Shown here piece by piece: positions 30,178-38,821 of a DNA stretch of 39,387 bases. The notes under the pieces are model-generated. The model ran no database searches. It was given only the letters and a program-made list of their open reading frames with translations, and was not told where the DNA came from. The stretch is from a virus. The position numbers and the translations under genes are program-made. The stretch lies in the IMG/VR virus record IMGVR_UViG_3300016474_000294, positions 1 to 39,387 of that record. One strand, given 5' to 3'. The first letter of the stretch is position 1, and each line of letters begins with the position of its first letter.

Positions 30178-32337
30178 TCAATCCCAATCATTCTGGCCGC
30201 CGATGTAGGCGTCCCAGTCCATGCGCAATTGTTCGATGCCGGGGTTCTTGAAGCTGTAGGTCGAGTCCTCGGGGTCTTCCGGCCGCGCCTTGACCTTGAC
30301 CAAGCTCGGGGCGATCTGCGTCAGCAGGCGCAGCATCTCGTTCCGACCGGGCAGCCGCTGACGAATGTTTCGGCCACGCGCCCAACGCTCGAACGCCTCG
30401 CGCGTCCGGTTGGTGGGGATCATCGCCGGCAGCGCCCCATCCCAGTCCGACCCGGCGAGCGAGTTCGACGACAGGCAGTCAAGCCACCACTCCTGCACCG
30501 GCTCCAAGGTCGCGTGCTTCTGGTCGATCAGCCCTTGCGTGGTCGGCGCGGCGTTGACATCGACCGTGCTCAGATCGAAGTCCATCAGGAAGCGCAGCAG
30601 GTGGGGGTAGCCGCCCTGCTCCATCCCCACCCGCATGGCGGTGAAGAACTCCCGGTCTTGCTTGCGGCCGGTGCCGACGTTGAACACGGCAAAACGGCGT
30701 TCCTCGACGGTGGCCGGGACCAGCCACTTCTCGTTGCCGATGATGGCCACCCGGGTGAGGTTGTCGACGGTGTACGGCTCCGCGCCTTTGCGCTCGATGA
30801 TGTGCTCGGTGCCGGTGATCAGACCCTTGAGCTTGCCCTCGGCCCGCTTGTCGCCGGCCCATGACGCCTCATCGAGCACGAAGAACAGGTTAGCTTCGAG
30901 GTGGCTGTTGAAGTTGCCGAGCAGGTAGCGCGAGTCGTCGGCCACCAGAAAGTGGCGGCCCAAGAGCGCGCCCACCCGCTCGACCAGCGCGTTCTTGCCG
31001 GTGCCTTTCTCGCCGTGGAAGACCAGCGCGACGAGCGGCTTCTCCCATGGCCGCTGGATCATGTGGGCGAAGTAGCCGAGCAGCCATGTGCAAAGCGCCT
31101 CGTCGCCGTTGCAGACGTTCTGGAGCGCGTGCTCCAAGAACATTGCCAGCGCCGGATGCGTGTTGTCGTTGGCAGGCGCGACCGTGAAGCCACGCCACAG
31201 GTTGTAGAAGCGCGCCGGCACGGTCTTGAGCGGCGAGAACACCACGTTGTCGTATTCGCGCCGCGCGGGCCGCGTCATCCAGAGCTTCGACAATGCAATC
31301 GCCTTGTCGCCGATCGCAATGGTCTTGTTGGCGAACCATGCGTGCATCTCGTTGGGCGTCAGCCGGATCGTGCAGAACCGGCCCTTGGGATCGGTCGTCT
31401 CCTGCAACACAAACGCGCCGGCCTTGATGAACGCATACTCGCCGTTCAGCGCGTCGGCCGGATGGGGCTTTGGCTTGTCTTCGGCTGGCTCCTGCGGCTC
31501 GGCCGGGAAGATTGCTTCAGGCGCGGAGACACCCTGCGGTTCGCGGCCGTACTTGTAAGCATGGCTGATCTTTTCGACCAACGCATCGGCGTCCCACGGT
31601 GGCTCGCACTGGTCGTTCCAGTGGTTCCACAGCAAGCCAAACGCGCTCGCCTCATCGACGCCCAAGTCCTTCAACTTGGCGGCCACTTTGTAGGTGGTGA
31701 GATCGCCCGCTTGGCCCTCGATCGCCACGGGCGCGGTCTTTAGGTAAGCCAGCGCGCGGCCAAGTGCCCGATCAGCATCCACGCCAGCAAGCTGAACAGG
31801 ACCGCGAGCCACCTCAATCCGATCTTGGCCCAATCGTGAGACAAGCCATGCTGGGGCGGGAGCCAGCGTCCCGTGTCCGTTAATCTGTCGATAGGCTCGA
31901 CCGTCAATGGTTGATCCGGGGCCGACGATGTATCCGCCTCGGGATCGAATATCGAGGCCAGTTCCGAGGACGTTAACGCCCTGCTTGAGCGGCCGCTCGG
32001 TGATGTAGACGATGTGTCGTCCACCGCTGGGCGTGGTCTGTTCGAGGCTGGGCGGAAGCTCGCAGCCTTCGAGTTCGAGCGCGAGAATCTGCGCATCGCC
32101 GTTCTTGTCCTTCTTGTTGTCCACGTCCACCACGACGAGCGCCTTGTCGTCGCCGAAGCGCGTGGTGCTGATGCCGATGTTTCGGTTCTCGTCCTCGAAC
32201 CAACGGCGGATCGTCTCCGGATCGCGCGTGGCGCGATTGGGATAATCCTTGATGATCGGAAGCTTTCCGTTCGGCTCGATCGGAAAGACGTGAAAGCCTT
32301 GCGCCGCCAGAGCGAGCGCCTGTTCCAATCGTGTCAT
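30178..32337 (-). CDS. Primase-helicase: prim-pol N-domain plus D5/P4-type SF3 helicase
   Basis: FHVFPIEPNGKLP...VVVDVDNK (prim-pol DxD), Walker A GEKGTGKN, Walker B FFVLDEA. ATG 32337 lies 3 nt after the polymerase stop. Confidence 0.85.
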   Translation of the reverse strand: MTRLEQALALAAQGFHVFPIEPNGKLPIIKDYPNRATRDPETIRRWFEDENRNIGISTTRFGDDKALVVVDVDNKKDKNGDAQILALELEGCELPPSLEQTTPSGGRHIVYITERPLKQGVNVLGTGLDIRSRGGYIVGPGSTIDGRAYRQINGHGTLAPAPAWLVSRLGQDRIEVARGPVQLAGVDADRALGRALAYLKTAPVAIEGQAGDLTTYKVAAKLKDLGVDEASAFGLLWNHWNDQCEPPWDADALVEKISHAYKYGREPQGVSAPEAIFPAEPQEPAEDKPKPHPADALNGEYAFIKAGAFVLQETTDPKGRFCTIRLTPNEMHAWFANKTIAIGDKAIALSKLWMTRPARREYDNVVFSPLKTVPARFYNLWRGFTVAPANDNTHPALAMFLEHALQNVCNGDEALCTWLLGYFAHMIQRPWEKPLVALVFHGEKGTGKNALVERVGALLGRHFLVADDSRYLLGNFNSHLEANLFFVLDEASWAGDKRAEGKLKGLITGTEHIIERKGAEPYTVDNLTRVAIIGNEKWLVPATVEERRFAVFNVGTGRKQDREFFTAMRVGMEQGGYPHLLRFLMDFDLSTVDVNAAPTTQGLIDQKHATLEPVQEWWLDCLSSNSLAGSDWDGALPAMIPTNRTREAFERWARGRNIRQRLPGRNEMLRLLTQIAPSLVKVKARPEDPEDSTYSFKNPGIEQLRMDWDAYIGGQNDWD

Positions 32338-32339
32338 CC

Positions 32340-34340
32340 TCACTTCCTGTATCGTTTTGCGCGCCAGCCTTCGGACGCGAGCGGCAAGCCCTTGGCCCAC
32401 GCCGGGACCACGGTCATCAGCTTTTCCGCTTGTCGTAAGGCGTCATCGCCTGCGCTTGAATCGACCTCGACCACGACCTCGTCGTGGGCGTGGAACACCA
32501 CCTCAAAGCCCTGCTCTTCCAGTCGCGGGAGCGCTTCGGCCAACAGATCGCGGGCCACCGCCTGCGTCACGTTTTCCGACAGCGAACCGCCGTAGGTGCT
32601 CGTCTCTTCCCACTTGTTGGTGGTGCCGTTCACCGTCATAAAATGCAGCGCCGACTTCTGTTCGCCCCATGGCGTCTCGACGGGCTTGACGATGGGATAC
32701 GGGTAGCAAAGCACCCGGCCCGATGGCAGCCGGCACCAGAGAAACGATCCGGATTTCTTGAACACGACCTCGCGGCCGCGCGGGCCTGCGCTGGTCTTCT
32801 CACCAAGCTCGACCGCGTTGATCGCGGCGTCTTCCAGATCGTACCAGTAGCGGACGATCTTCGGATGCGACTCGCGCCACGCTCGCTTGATCTCGTCGGC
32901 GCGCTCGTCCTCGACCTTCACGCCGTAGGCGCGGGCCATTGACTGGAACGCGCCGACGCCACCGCCATAGCCGAGCGCGAGAACGGCCACCTTGCCGATC
33001 TGCCGCTCGTCCTTGGTGACAGCATCGAGCGGCTTGCCGTAGATGCCGCCTGCCGCGTGCTCGTAGATTTTCCCGTGCGTGCGAAAGATTTCCAGCACGC
33101 TTTCCTGCCCCGCCAGCCACGCCAAGGCGCGGGCCTCGATGGCGCTGAAGTCCATGGCGATCAGGTCTTTGCCGGGGCCGGCAGTGATCAACCCGCGCAG
33201 GCTGTCGGCCATGGCGTCGAGCACCGGGCCGTACATCACGTCGAGCAGATCGCGCTCGCCGTAGAGGCCGATGATCGTCTCGATGTCCTGCGGCTGGATG
33301 CCAACGCGCGGCCGAGGAAAGTTCTGAACCTGAATGCCCCTGCCCGCCCAGCGGCCAGTCGATGCGCCGTGATATTGCAGCGTGCCGCGCACACGGCTGT
33401 CGCTGCTCGCGCGGCGCTTCATCGCCAGCAGTTTGGCGGTCGAGGACTTGGCGGCTTCTTTGCGGAGTTCGAGTGCGCGGCGGACTTCTAATGGCAGATC
33501 GTCGGCCACCAGCGCATCAAGAACATCAGCCTTTGCAAGTCCACCCAACTCAACGCCTCGGCTTCTGATCCATTTGACGAGCAGTTGGACCTCGGTGCAT
33601 TTGCCGACGACGCCGCTGGTGACGCTGAGCATCTGCGCGTCCAGCCGCGCCTTCTCAGACTCGACCACGCGGATGGCTGTTTTGATGGACGGTAGATCGA
33701 CATAGACGCCTCGCTGATTGATCTTCTGGTCGAGCACCCACAGCGCCTGCTCTTGTGGCGCGAGACGCATCAGCCGAGCATCGACCGCGCGCTCGACCTC
33801 CACGTCCTGCATACAGTAGGCGTAGAGGCGTCGGAATTTGGAGGGATCGTCTTCCGGCGTCCAAAAGATGGGCACGGTGCCGGGTTGGCTGGGATGCTTG
33901 GTGGCAAACGTCTTGGGTTTGGCAAGCTGCATCATCACGCGGCTGCCAACCATGTCCTTCTGTTGGTTTATACCGAGCGCCGTCGCAACTTTCTCAAGCG
34001 CCCCGGGCAGCGCCATCGCGTAGGCTTGCGCCATCGTGCAGCGCATCTGCTCGGCGCGTAGCGGCGGCCAGCCAAACTTGGGCACGCAGACCTTGTTCCA
34101 GATCGCAAGTTCAAAGGATGCGTTGTGCGCGACCACCTCGCCGTGCTCGCGGATGTGGTCGAGCGCGAAGTCAATCACGCGCGTCGGAGCAACCGGCGTC
34201 CACAGGTCGATCGGCTCGTTGTCGAACGCAAAGCCGAGGCAGTGAACGCCGGTCGTCGGATCGCTGGCGTAGTTGTCCAGCCCCGCGTCTTTCAGTTCGC
34301 AGGCGGAATAAGTCTCGAAGTCGATGTGTAGGATTGTCAT
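32340..34340 (-). CDS. Family A DNA polymerase with 3'-5' exonuclease domain
   Basis: Exo motifs HIDFETYS, HNASFELAIW and YCMQDVEV. Pol motifs DFSAIEAR, RQIGKVAVLALGYGGG and HAHDEVV. The start is set at ATG 34340 because the track's 80-aa N-extension crosses a terminator. Confidence 0.9.
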   Translation of the reverse strand: MTILHIDFETYSACELKDAGLDNYASDPTTGVHCLGFAFDNEPIDLWTPVAPTRVIDFALDHIREHGEVVAHNASFELAIWNKVCVPKFGWPPLRAEQMRCTMAQAYAMALPGALEKVATALGINQQKDMVGSRVMMQLAKPKTFATKHPSQPGTVPIFWTPEDDPSKFRRLYAYCMQDVEVERAVDARLMRLAPQEQALWVLDQKINQRGVYVDLPSIKTAIRVVESEKARLDAQMLSVTSGVVGKCTEVQLLVKWIRSRGVELGGLAKADVLDALVADDLPLEVRRALELRKEAAKSSTAKLLAMKRRASSDSRVRGTLQYHGASTGRWAGRGIQVQNFPRPRVGIQPQDIETIIGLYGERDLLDVMYGPVLDAMADSLRGLITAGPGKDLIAMDFSAIEARALAWLAGQESVLEIFRTHGKIYEHAAGGIYGKPLDAVTKDERQIGKVAVLALGYGGGVGAFQSMARAYGVKVEDERADEIKRAWRESHPKIVRYWYDLEDAAINAVELGEKTSAGPRGREVVFKKSGSFLWCRLPSGRVLCYPYPIVKPVETPWGEQKSALHFMTVNGTTNKWEETSTYGGSLSENVTQAVARDLLAEALPRLEEQGFEVVFHAHDEVVVEVDSSAGDDALRQAEKLMTVVPAWAKGLPLASEGWRAKRYRK

Positions 34341-34350
34341 TGCGGGTCCG

Positions 34351-34374
34351 AAAAAAGCGGCCCCGTAGGGCCGC
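34351..34374 (-). terminator. Intrinsic terminator between the SSB-like and polymerase genes
   Basis: The minus strand reads GCGGCCC-tacg-GGGCCGC followed by TTTTTT. Confidence 0.7.
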
Positions 34375-34398
34375 ATTGTGGTTATCGCAACGCTCGAC

Positions 34399-34953
34399 TC
34401 AATCGAACATCCCGGCAGCGGTCTTGCCGGCCGGTGAGCCAAACGCCTCGAACGCCTTAGAAGCTGGCATCCGACCACCGCCGAGCGGATCGTCGTCGCG
34501 CAGCTTCTGCACGTTCTCCAGCCCGAACGCGACGCCACGGTTGCCCGCCTGCTCGTAGGCGTAGGCCCGCACCTGCGCACGGAACCACGCGCCAGCGTAG
34601 ACCTCGCTGTCGTCGATGATGTCGTTCAACTGCGCGTCCACCAGCCCCGGGCGGCGATCCTCGTTGGCCGAGAACGTCATCACCACCGCGTCGTCGGCCA
34701 CGCCCGGGATCGGGTTGTCGAGTTCTTCGTTGGTGCGGAAGGGCGAGCGCAGCGTCTTGGGCGGATTGCTTCCCCACTTGTCGGCCACGGCGGCCTTGGC
34801 CGCAGCCTTCAGCGCCGAGATGTCGGTGTCGGGCGCGAAGACCGCGCGCACGCTGTACTTCTTCTTGCCATCCGGGTTGTCGCGCGGGGCGCTGGGGCGA
34901 AACAGGCCGCAGAACGCAGCACGAAATTCAGGGGTGATCAGCTTGTCAGCCAT
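34399..34953 (-). CDS. DUF2815-family ssDNA-binding-like protein
   Basis: 184 aa. Sits between the DUF2800 and PolA genes, which is the conserved module order. The C-terminal tail is acidic and Gly-rich. Confidence 0.7.
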   Translation of the reverse strand: MADKLITPEFRAAFCGLFRPSAPRDNPDGKKKYSVRAVFAPDTDISALKAAAKAAVADKWGSNPPKTLRSPFRTNEELDNPIPGVADDAVVMTFSANEDRRPGLVDAQLNDIIDDSEVYAGAWFRAQVRAYAYEQAGNRGVAFGLENVQKLRDDDPLGGGRMPASKAFEAFGSPAGKTAAGMFD

Positions 34954-34973
34954 AACGATTTCCTTGTTTCAAG

Positions 34974-36098
34974 TTACGAGTTTGCGAATGCCGACGCGGC
35001 ATCCACCTTGATTGCCGGACGTTTGTCCGACTCATGCACCAGCGTGTGACCGCTGGATTCTTTGACCGTGATGTCGTCAAGCAACTCACGGGCTTCCTTT
35101 GGCAGCAATTTCTCGATGGTCGCAGGCGATTTTAGTTTTGTTTCGGTCCAGTCCTCGTCGATCTGAAGCCGCTCAAAAATCTTCGGCAACACACGCCACG
35201 GGGTATCTTCGTCGCACCACTTCCGCGTGGCGCGCTTCTCTACCAATTTATACCCGGGCAACTCGTCGCCTTTCTCAGCCACCTCGTATGCGAACTCGCG
35301 CGTGTTCTTGATCCAGCCTTCAAGGATCGGCAAGTAGTCCAGCGTCTCGGCCAACTCGGCGGCGTTGTAGGGCGCGTCCTTGGCGAACACGCGCTTGGCC
35401 AGTTCCTGCGCCTTGGATTTCAGCTTCGGGCACTTGGGCGAGGCCAAGCACCAGCGGCAGCCCTTCTCGCTGGGCGCAAGATGCGGCGTGATGTCGTTGA
35501 CCACGCGGGCAAGTTGCACGCGGCCCACCGCGTCGATCAGATCGGCGTGAAAGTCGATCAGATCGACCACGTCGAAGGTGATCGAGCGCACCGGGCCATC
35601 GCTGTGGGGGCAGCGCGGCTGCACGATGGTGGCGGTCACCTGCTCGGCCGGATAACCGAACGTGAGCAGCGTGGCCAAGGCGTAAATCTTCAACTGAAGA
35701 TTGCCGTGAACCTCGACCGCCACGCCGGCCCCGTATTTCAGGTCGCAGACGTGGAGGTGCTTCTGCACCGGCTGCCACACCACGGCGTCCGCCGTGCCGT
35801 ACACCTCGTCGTTGACCTTCACGCGCTGCTCGATGTGCAGCTTCGTCGGCTCGCCTGACGGCGGGTCGGCGAGGTTCAGCACATGGTCGACGTAGATCGA
35901 GACGTACTCGACCATCTTCGGATCGTCGCTCGCGCGAAGCTCTGACTCGGTGAGCAGCCGCTCGGCCAAGGCGTGGGCCTCGGTGCCCTCTTCCGCGAAC
36001 GCGCTGGTGCGCTCGGGCATTCCCTCGGACAGCACCACGCTGCCCGGGCACACCATCCAGCGCTCGGCCGCGCTGGGCGAGAGCTTGGCGTGGCTCAT
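34974..36098 (-). CDS. DUF2800-family PD-(D/E)xK (Cas4-like) nuclease
   Basis: MSHAKLSPSAAERWMVCPGS N-terminus, DLKYG core, and C-terminal Cys cluster CRWCLASPKCP. ATG 36098 overlaps the upstream stop (ATGA). Confidence 0.75.
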   Translation of the reverse strand: MSHAKLSPSAAERWMVCPGSVVLSEGMPERTSAFAEEGTEAHALAERLLTESELRASDDPKMVEYVSIYVDHVLNLADPPSGEPTKLHIEQRVKVNDEVYGTADAVVWQPVQKHLHVCDLKYGAGVAVEVHGNLQLKIYALATLLTFGYPAEQVTATIVQPRCPHSDGPVRSITFDVVDLIDFHADLIDAVGRVQLARVVNDITPHLAPSEKGCRWCLASPKCPKLKSKAQELAKRVFAKDAPYNAAELAETLDYLPILEGWIKNTREFAYEVAEKGDELPGYKLVEKRATRKWCDEDTPWRVLPKIFERLQIDEDWTETKLKSPATIEKLLPKEARELLDDITVKESSGHTLVHESDKRPAIKVDAASAFANS

Positions 36099-36625
36099 TC
36101 CAGCCCTTTCGCGCAACGCTCGACGAACAGCGGGAATTGGCTGAAGCTTAACTCGCTGATGCGGCCCGCGCCGAACTCTTTGAGCAGCGCCACGCCCGCG
36201 GGCACGCCCTTGGCGGCCGTGAACTGCTGAAGCGCCGCGCGGACTTCGTCGACCGACAGCGCCTTGGCCGGCTCGGCAGGCTGCTCGTCCAGCGGCAGTT
36301 CCTGCTGCTCTTCGGCCACCTCGGGCGCGGCTTCCGTCGCCGCCTCCGGCTGCGCCACCGGCTCAGGCTGCGCCACCGCTTCGGCCTTGGGTTTGCGGCC
36401 GCGCTTGACGGAAGGAGCCGGGGCGGATTGCTCCGCACCCGGCTCGCTCACGGCGCTGCCCTCTGCGAAGGAGGAGACAGGGTGGACAGATGCAGCGCTG
36501 CCGGCGTTTTGAGCCACCTCCGGCTGGGCTGGCGTGGCCACGGGGGCCGACGCGGAAAGAGCGGGAAACAGCCGGTTGAGCACGGCCATATCGTTGGGGT
36601 TCGAGGTGTCGAAAGTGATTTGCAC
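36095..36625 (-). CDS. Disordered Pro/Ala/Glu-rich protein with a KRGRKPK basic motif and a folded C-terminal domain
   Basis: GTG 36625 has AGGAG 6 nt upstream and lies downstream of the predicted TSS. The ORF-track start is 36658. Confidence 0.6.
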   Translation of the reverse strand: MQITFDTSNPNDMAVLNRLFPALSASAPVATPAQPEVAQNAGSAASVHPVSSFAEGSAVSEPGAEQSAPAPSVKRGRKPKAEAVAQPEPVAQPEAATEAAPEVAEEQQELPLDEQPAEPAKALSVDEVRAALQQFTAAKGVPAGVALLKEFGAGRISELSFSQFPLFVERCAKGLE

Positions 36626-36648
36626 GGGTTGCTCCTGTTGATGTTGAG

Positions 36649-36677
36649 AGATTAACAATTTATTGCGATGATCGCAA
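36649..36677 (-). promoter_or_regulatory. Sigma70-type promoter TTGCGA-17-TAATCT, with its -35 inside the perfect palindrome TTGCGAT-G-ATCGCAA (36663-36677)
   Basis: Read directly on the minus strand: cccTTGCGAtcatcgcaataaattgtTAATCTctcaac. Confidence 0.5.
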
Positions 36678-36681
36678 GGGG

Positions 36682-38058
36682 TCAGTCAAAGACTTTGGCC
36701 AGCTCCCGCGTTTTATGGACCACGGCGGCCATAACCTGCTCGTCCACGCTGCCGGCGCAGACGAAGAAACGCGCTCGGCATACCCGGGTCTGGCCAATCC
36801 GGTGGACCCGCATCACGGCCTGCGCGTTGTTGGCCGGCACCCAGTCGGATTCGAGGAACGCCACCTCGTTGGCGGCTGTGAGCGTGATGCCGGTGCCAGC
36901 CGCCTGAATGTTGCCGATGAACACGCGGCAGCGCGGGTTGTTCTGGAACTCGTCGATGTGCTTTTGGCGCTTCCACTGGGGCGTGCCGCCATAGAGCGTG
37001 ACGGGCTTGAACTTGCGCAGCCGAAACCGCGTCTGCTCCACCACCTGTTGATGCACCGCGAACAGCACGATCTTCTGCAACTCGCCTGACTTCAACTCTT
37101 CCTCGATGATGTCGAGGCAGCGCGGGAGTTTGGCCAAGCCAATGTAGCGGCGCAGGGTAGACGTGCTCTTCGCGTAGCTGTCCAGCAGCTTGAGATCGCT
37201 CTCAAAGTTGTAGTGATGGCCGCGCTTGATCGCCTCTAAGCTGGCCTTCAGCGTCTTGTCCTGCGTCTCCAGTTCTTTCAGGAACGCAGGGATGCCGATC
37301 GGCTTCCAGTTCTCGTAGAACCACGGGTCCAAGTCGACAGGGGCGCGCTCGACCGTCACTTGGCTAAAGGTGATTTTGGGCAGTTGTGTGAGCACGTCGT
37401 CTTTCTTCCTTCGCAGCATGAACTGCGCGAGCAATTGTTTGAGGCGGTCGGTGTTCTTGTGGCCGGTGATCTTGTAGCCGTAGTCGCCTTCAAACCCGGC
37501 GCAGAAATCGAACACGAAGTCCCAATACGGCCGACGCTCGATGCCGGCTGACTTCAGGTGCGTGTAAAGCTCTGAGGCGTCGTTGGGCGCGGGCGTGCCG
37601 GTCAGCCGCCACACTCGGTCGGCTGAGTGCATCAGCCCCGGGTATTTCGCATGGCCATAGACCGCCTTGGTGCGCTTGGCGCTGCGCTCTTTAAGGTAGT
37701 GCGCTTCGTCCAGCACCAGCACGTCCCAGCGGCGCGCCTTGAGCACGTTGCGCAGCTTCTCGTTCGCCAGCAAATCGTAGGACACCACGTTGACGCCGGG
37801 ACCGGGCGCGTCTCTCGATGACATGAGCAGCGTGCTGGGACGATCCATCGGGCTGAAGCGGTGAAACTCGCGCTCCCAGTTGATGCGGACCGCCGCAGGG
37901 CAGACGACAAGGATGTTGCTTGCGCCGACGAGATCGCACGCAAGAATGGCTTGCGCTGACTTGCCGAGGCCCATCTCGTCGGCCAGCAGCGCGTGCGGCA
38001 TGGTGGCGAGCCACGCCGCGCCGTGCTGCTGATACTCGTAGGGCGTCTCAAGCTGCAT
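36682..38058 (-). CDS. SNF2-family helicase
   Basis: LADEMGLGKSAQ (motif I), VLVLDEAHYLK (II), LTGTPAPN (III), QAVMRVHRIGQTR (VI). Confidence 0.9.
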   Translation of the reverse strand: MQLETPYEYQQHGAAWLATMPHALLADEMGLGKSAQAILACDLVGASNILVVCPAAVRINWEREFHRFSPMDRPSTLLMSSRDAPGPGVNVVSYDLLANEKLRNVLKARRWDVLVLDEAHYLKERSAKRTKAVYGHAKYPGLMHSADRVWRLTGTPAPNDASELYTHLKSAGIERRPYWDFVFDFCAGFEGDYGYKITGHKNTDRLKQLLAQFMLRRKKDDVLTQLPKITFSQVTVERAPVDLDPWFYENWKPIGIPAFLKELETQDKTLKASLEAIKRGHHYNFESDLKLLDSYAKSTSTLRRYIGLAKLPRCLDIIEEELKSGELQKIVLFAVHQQVVEQTRFRLRKFKPVTLYGGTPQWKRQKHIDEFQNNPRCRVFIGNIQAAGTGITLTAANEVAFLESDWVPANNAQAVMRVHRIGQTRVCRARFFVCAGSVDEQVMAAVVHKTRELAKVFD

Positions 38059-38401
38059 CGCGGATCGATTGCCAGATGAGTTTGTTCAGCCGAAACGCGC
38101 GACGCTGGATCGGCGCAAACGGCGTGTCTCGATTGCTGCGGTCTTCCATCATCTTCAGCAGCCGCCTGCGGAAATTGACCGGGTTGACATCAAGCCATTC
38201 GAGATAACTTTCGCAGGCGTCGGTCAGCAGGAAATCGAACGCCGAATGCGCTTCTTCGGTCATGCGCAGATGCTTGGACCCGGACGGCTTGTAGGGCGGC
38301 AGCATCGAGTCTTTGATGGCCAGCGCAACCACGGCTGACAGCAGCTTTTGTTCGGGGCGAGCGTTCAAGTGTGTCGAGATTTCGAGATCGGCGTTGAGCA
38401 T
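38048..38401 (-). CDS. Hypothetical protein (117 aa)
   Basis: ORF overlapping the SNF2 start by 11 nt. Confidence 0.6.
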   Translation of the reverse strand: MLNADLEISTHLNARPEQKLLSAVVALAIKDSMLPPYKPSGSKHLRMTEEAHSAFDFLLTDACESYLEWLDVNPVNFRRRLLKMMEDRSNRDTPFAPIQRRAFRLNKLIWQSIRDAA

Positions 38402-38402
38402 T

Positions 38403-38570
38403 TTAGTCCTCGGTAGGGTGAAGGGGTTGAAGTGGAATCCAGATTTTTGCGGTTTCGTCGTAGATCAAGGGCGGCAGATCGGGGTGAACCAGCCCCACTC
38501 GATTGTCGGGCGTGAGCCAAAGCTTCGTGCGCTCGTCGTAGCCCGCGGGGATTTCGGCGAAAATGGTCAT
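38403..38570 (-). CDS. Hypothetical small protein (55 aa, not in the ORF track)
   Basis: Hand translation gives MTIFAEIPAGYDERTKLWLTPDNRVGLVHPDLPPLIYDETAKIWIPLQPLHPTED. ATGA overlap with the upstream stop; the stop lies 1 nt before the next ATG. Confidence 0.45.
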   Translation of the reverse strand: MTIFAEIPAGYDERTKLWLTPDNRVGLVHPDLPPLIYDETAKIWIPLQPLHPTED

Positions 38571-38821
38571 GCGTTGCGCTCCCGGAGTTTGGCTTCGATC
38601 TCTTTAACCAGATTGAGAAACCCGATCGTCGCTAGCCCGCCGAGGCTGTATTGCGTCGGGTCAAAACCAAAATGCTGCATGGCTCGCTGAATTGGGGCTT
38701 TGATCTCATCATCCGTCAGCCCAACCCATTCACGCTTGTAAATCTCTGCCTCTGGTATCTCTTGCTTGACCAACTCGTCTTTGTGCAAGTCCCACCAAAT
38801 TTTTGTCAGGTGTGTAGTCAT
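38567..38821 (-). CDS. Hypothetical protein (84 aa)
   Basis: ORF with an ATGA overlap onto the upstream gene. Confidence 0.6.
   Translation of the reverse strand: MTTHLTKIWWDLHKDELVKQEIPEAEIYKREWVGLTDDEIKAPIQRAMQHFGFDPTQYSLGGLATIGFLNLVKEIEAKLRERNA

Noticed and set aside
34341-34580. 80-aa N-terminal extension of the DNA polymerase ORF in the track.
   Set aside because: The extension crosses an intrinsic terminator and the 3' end of the SSB-like gene. The conserved exonuclease motif DFET begins 6 codons after the ATG at 34340.
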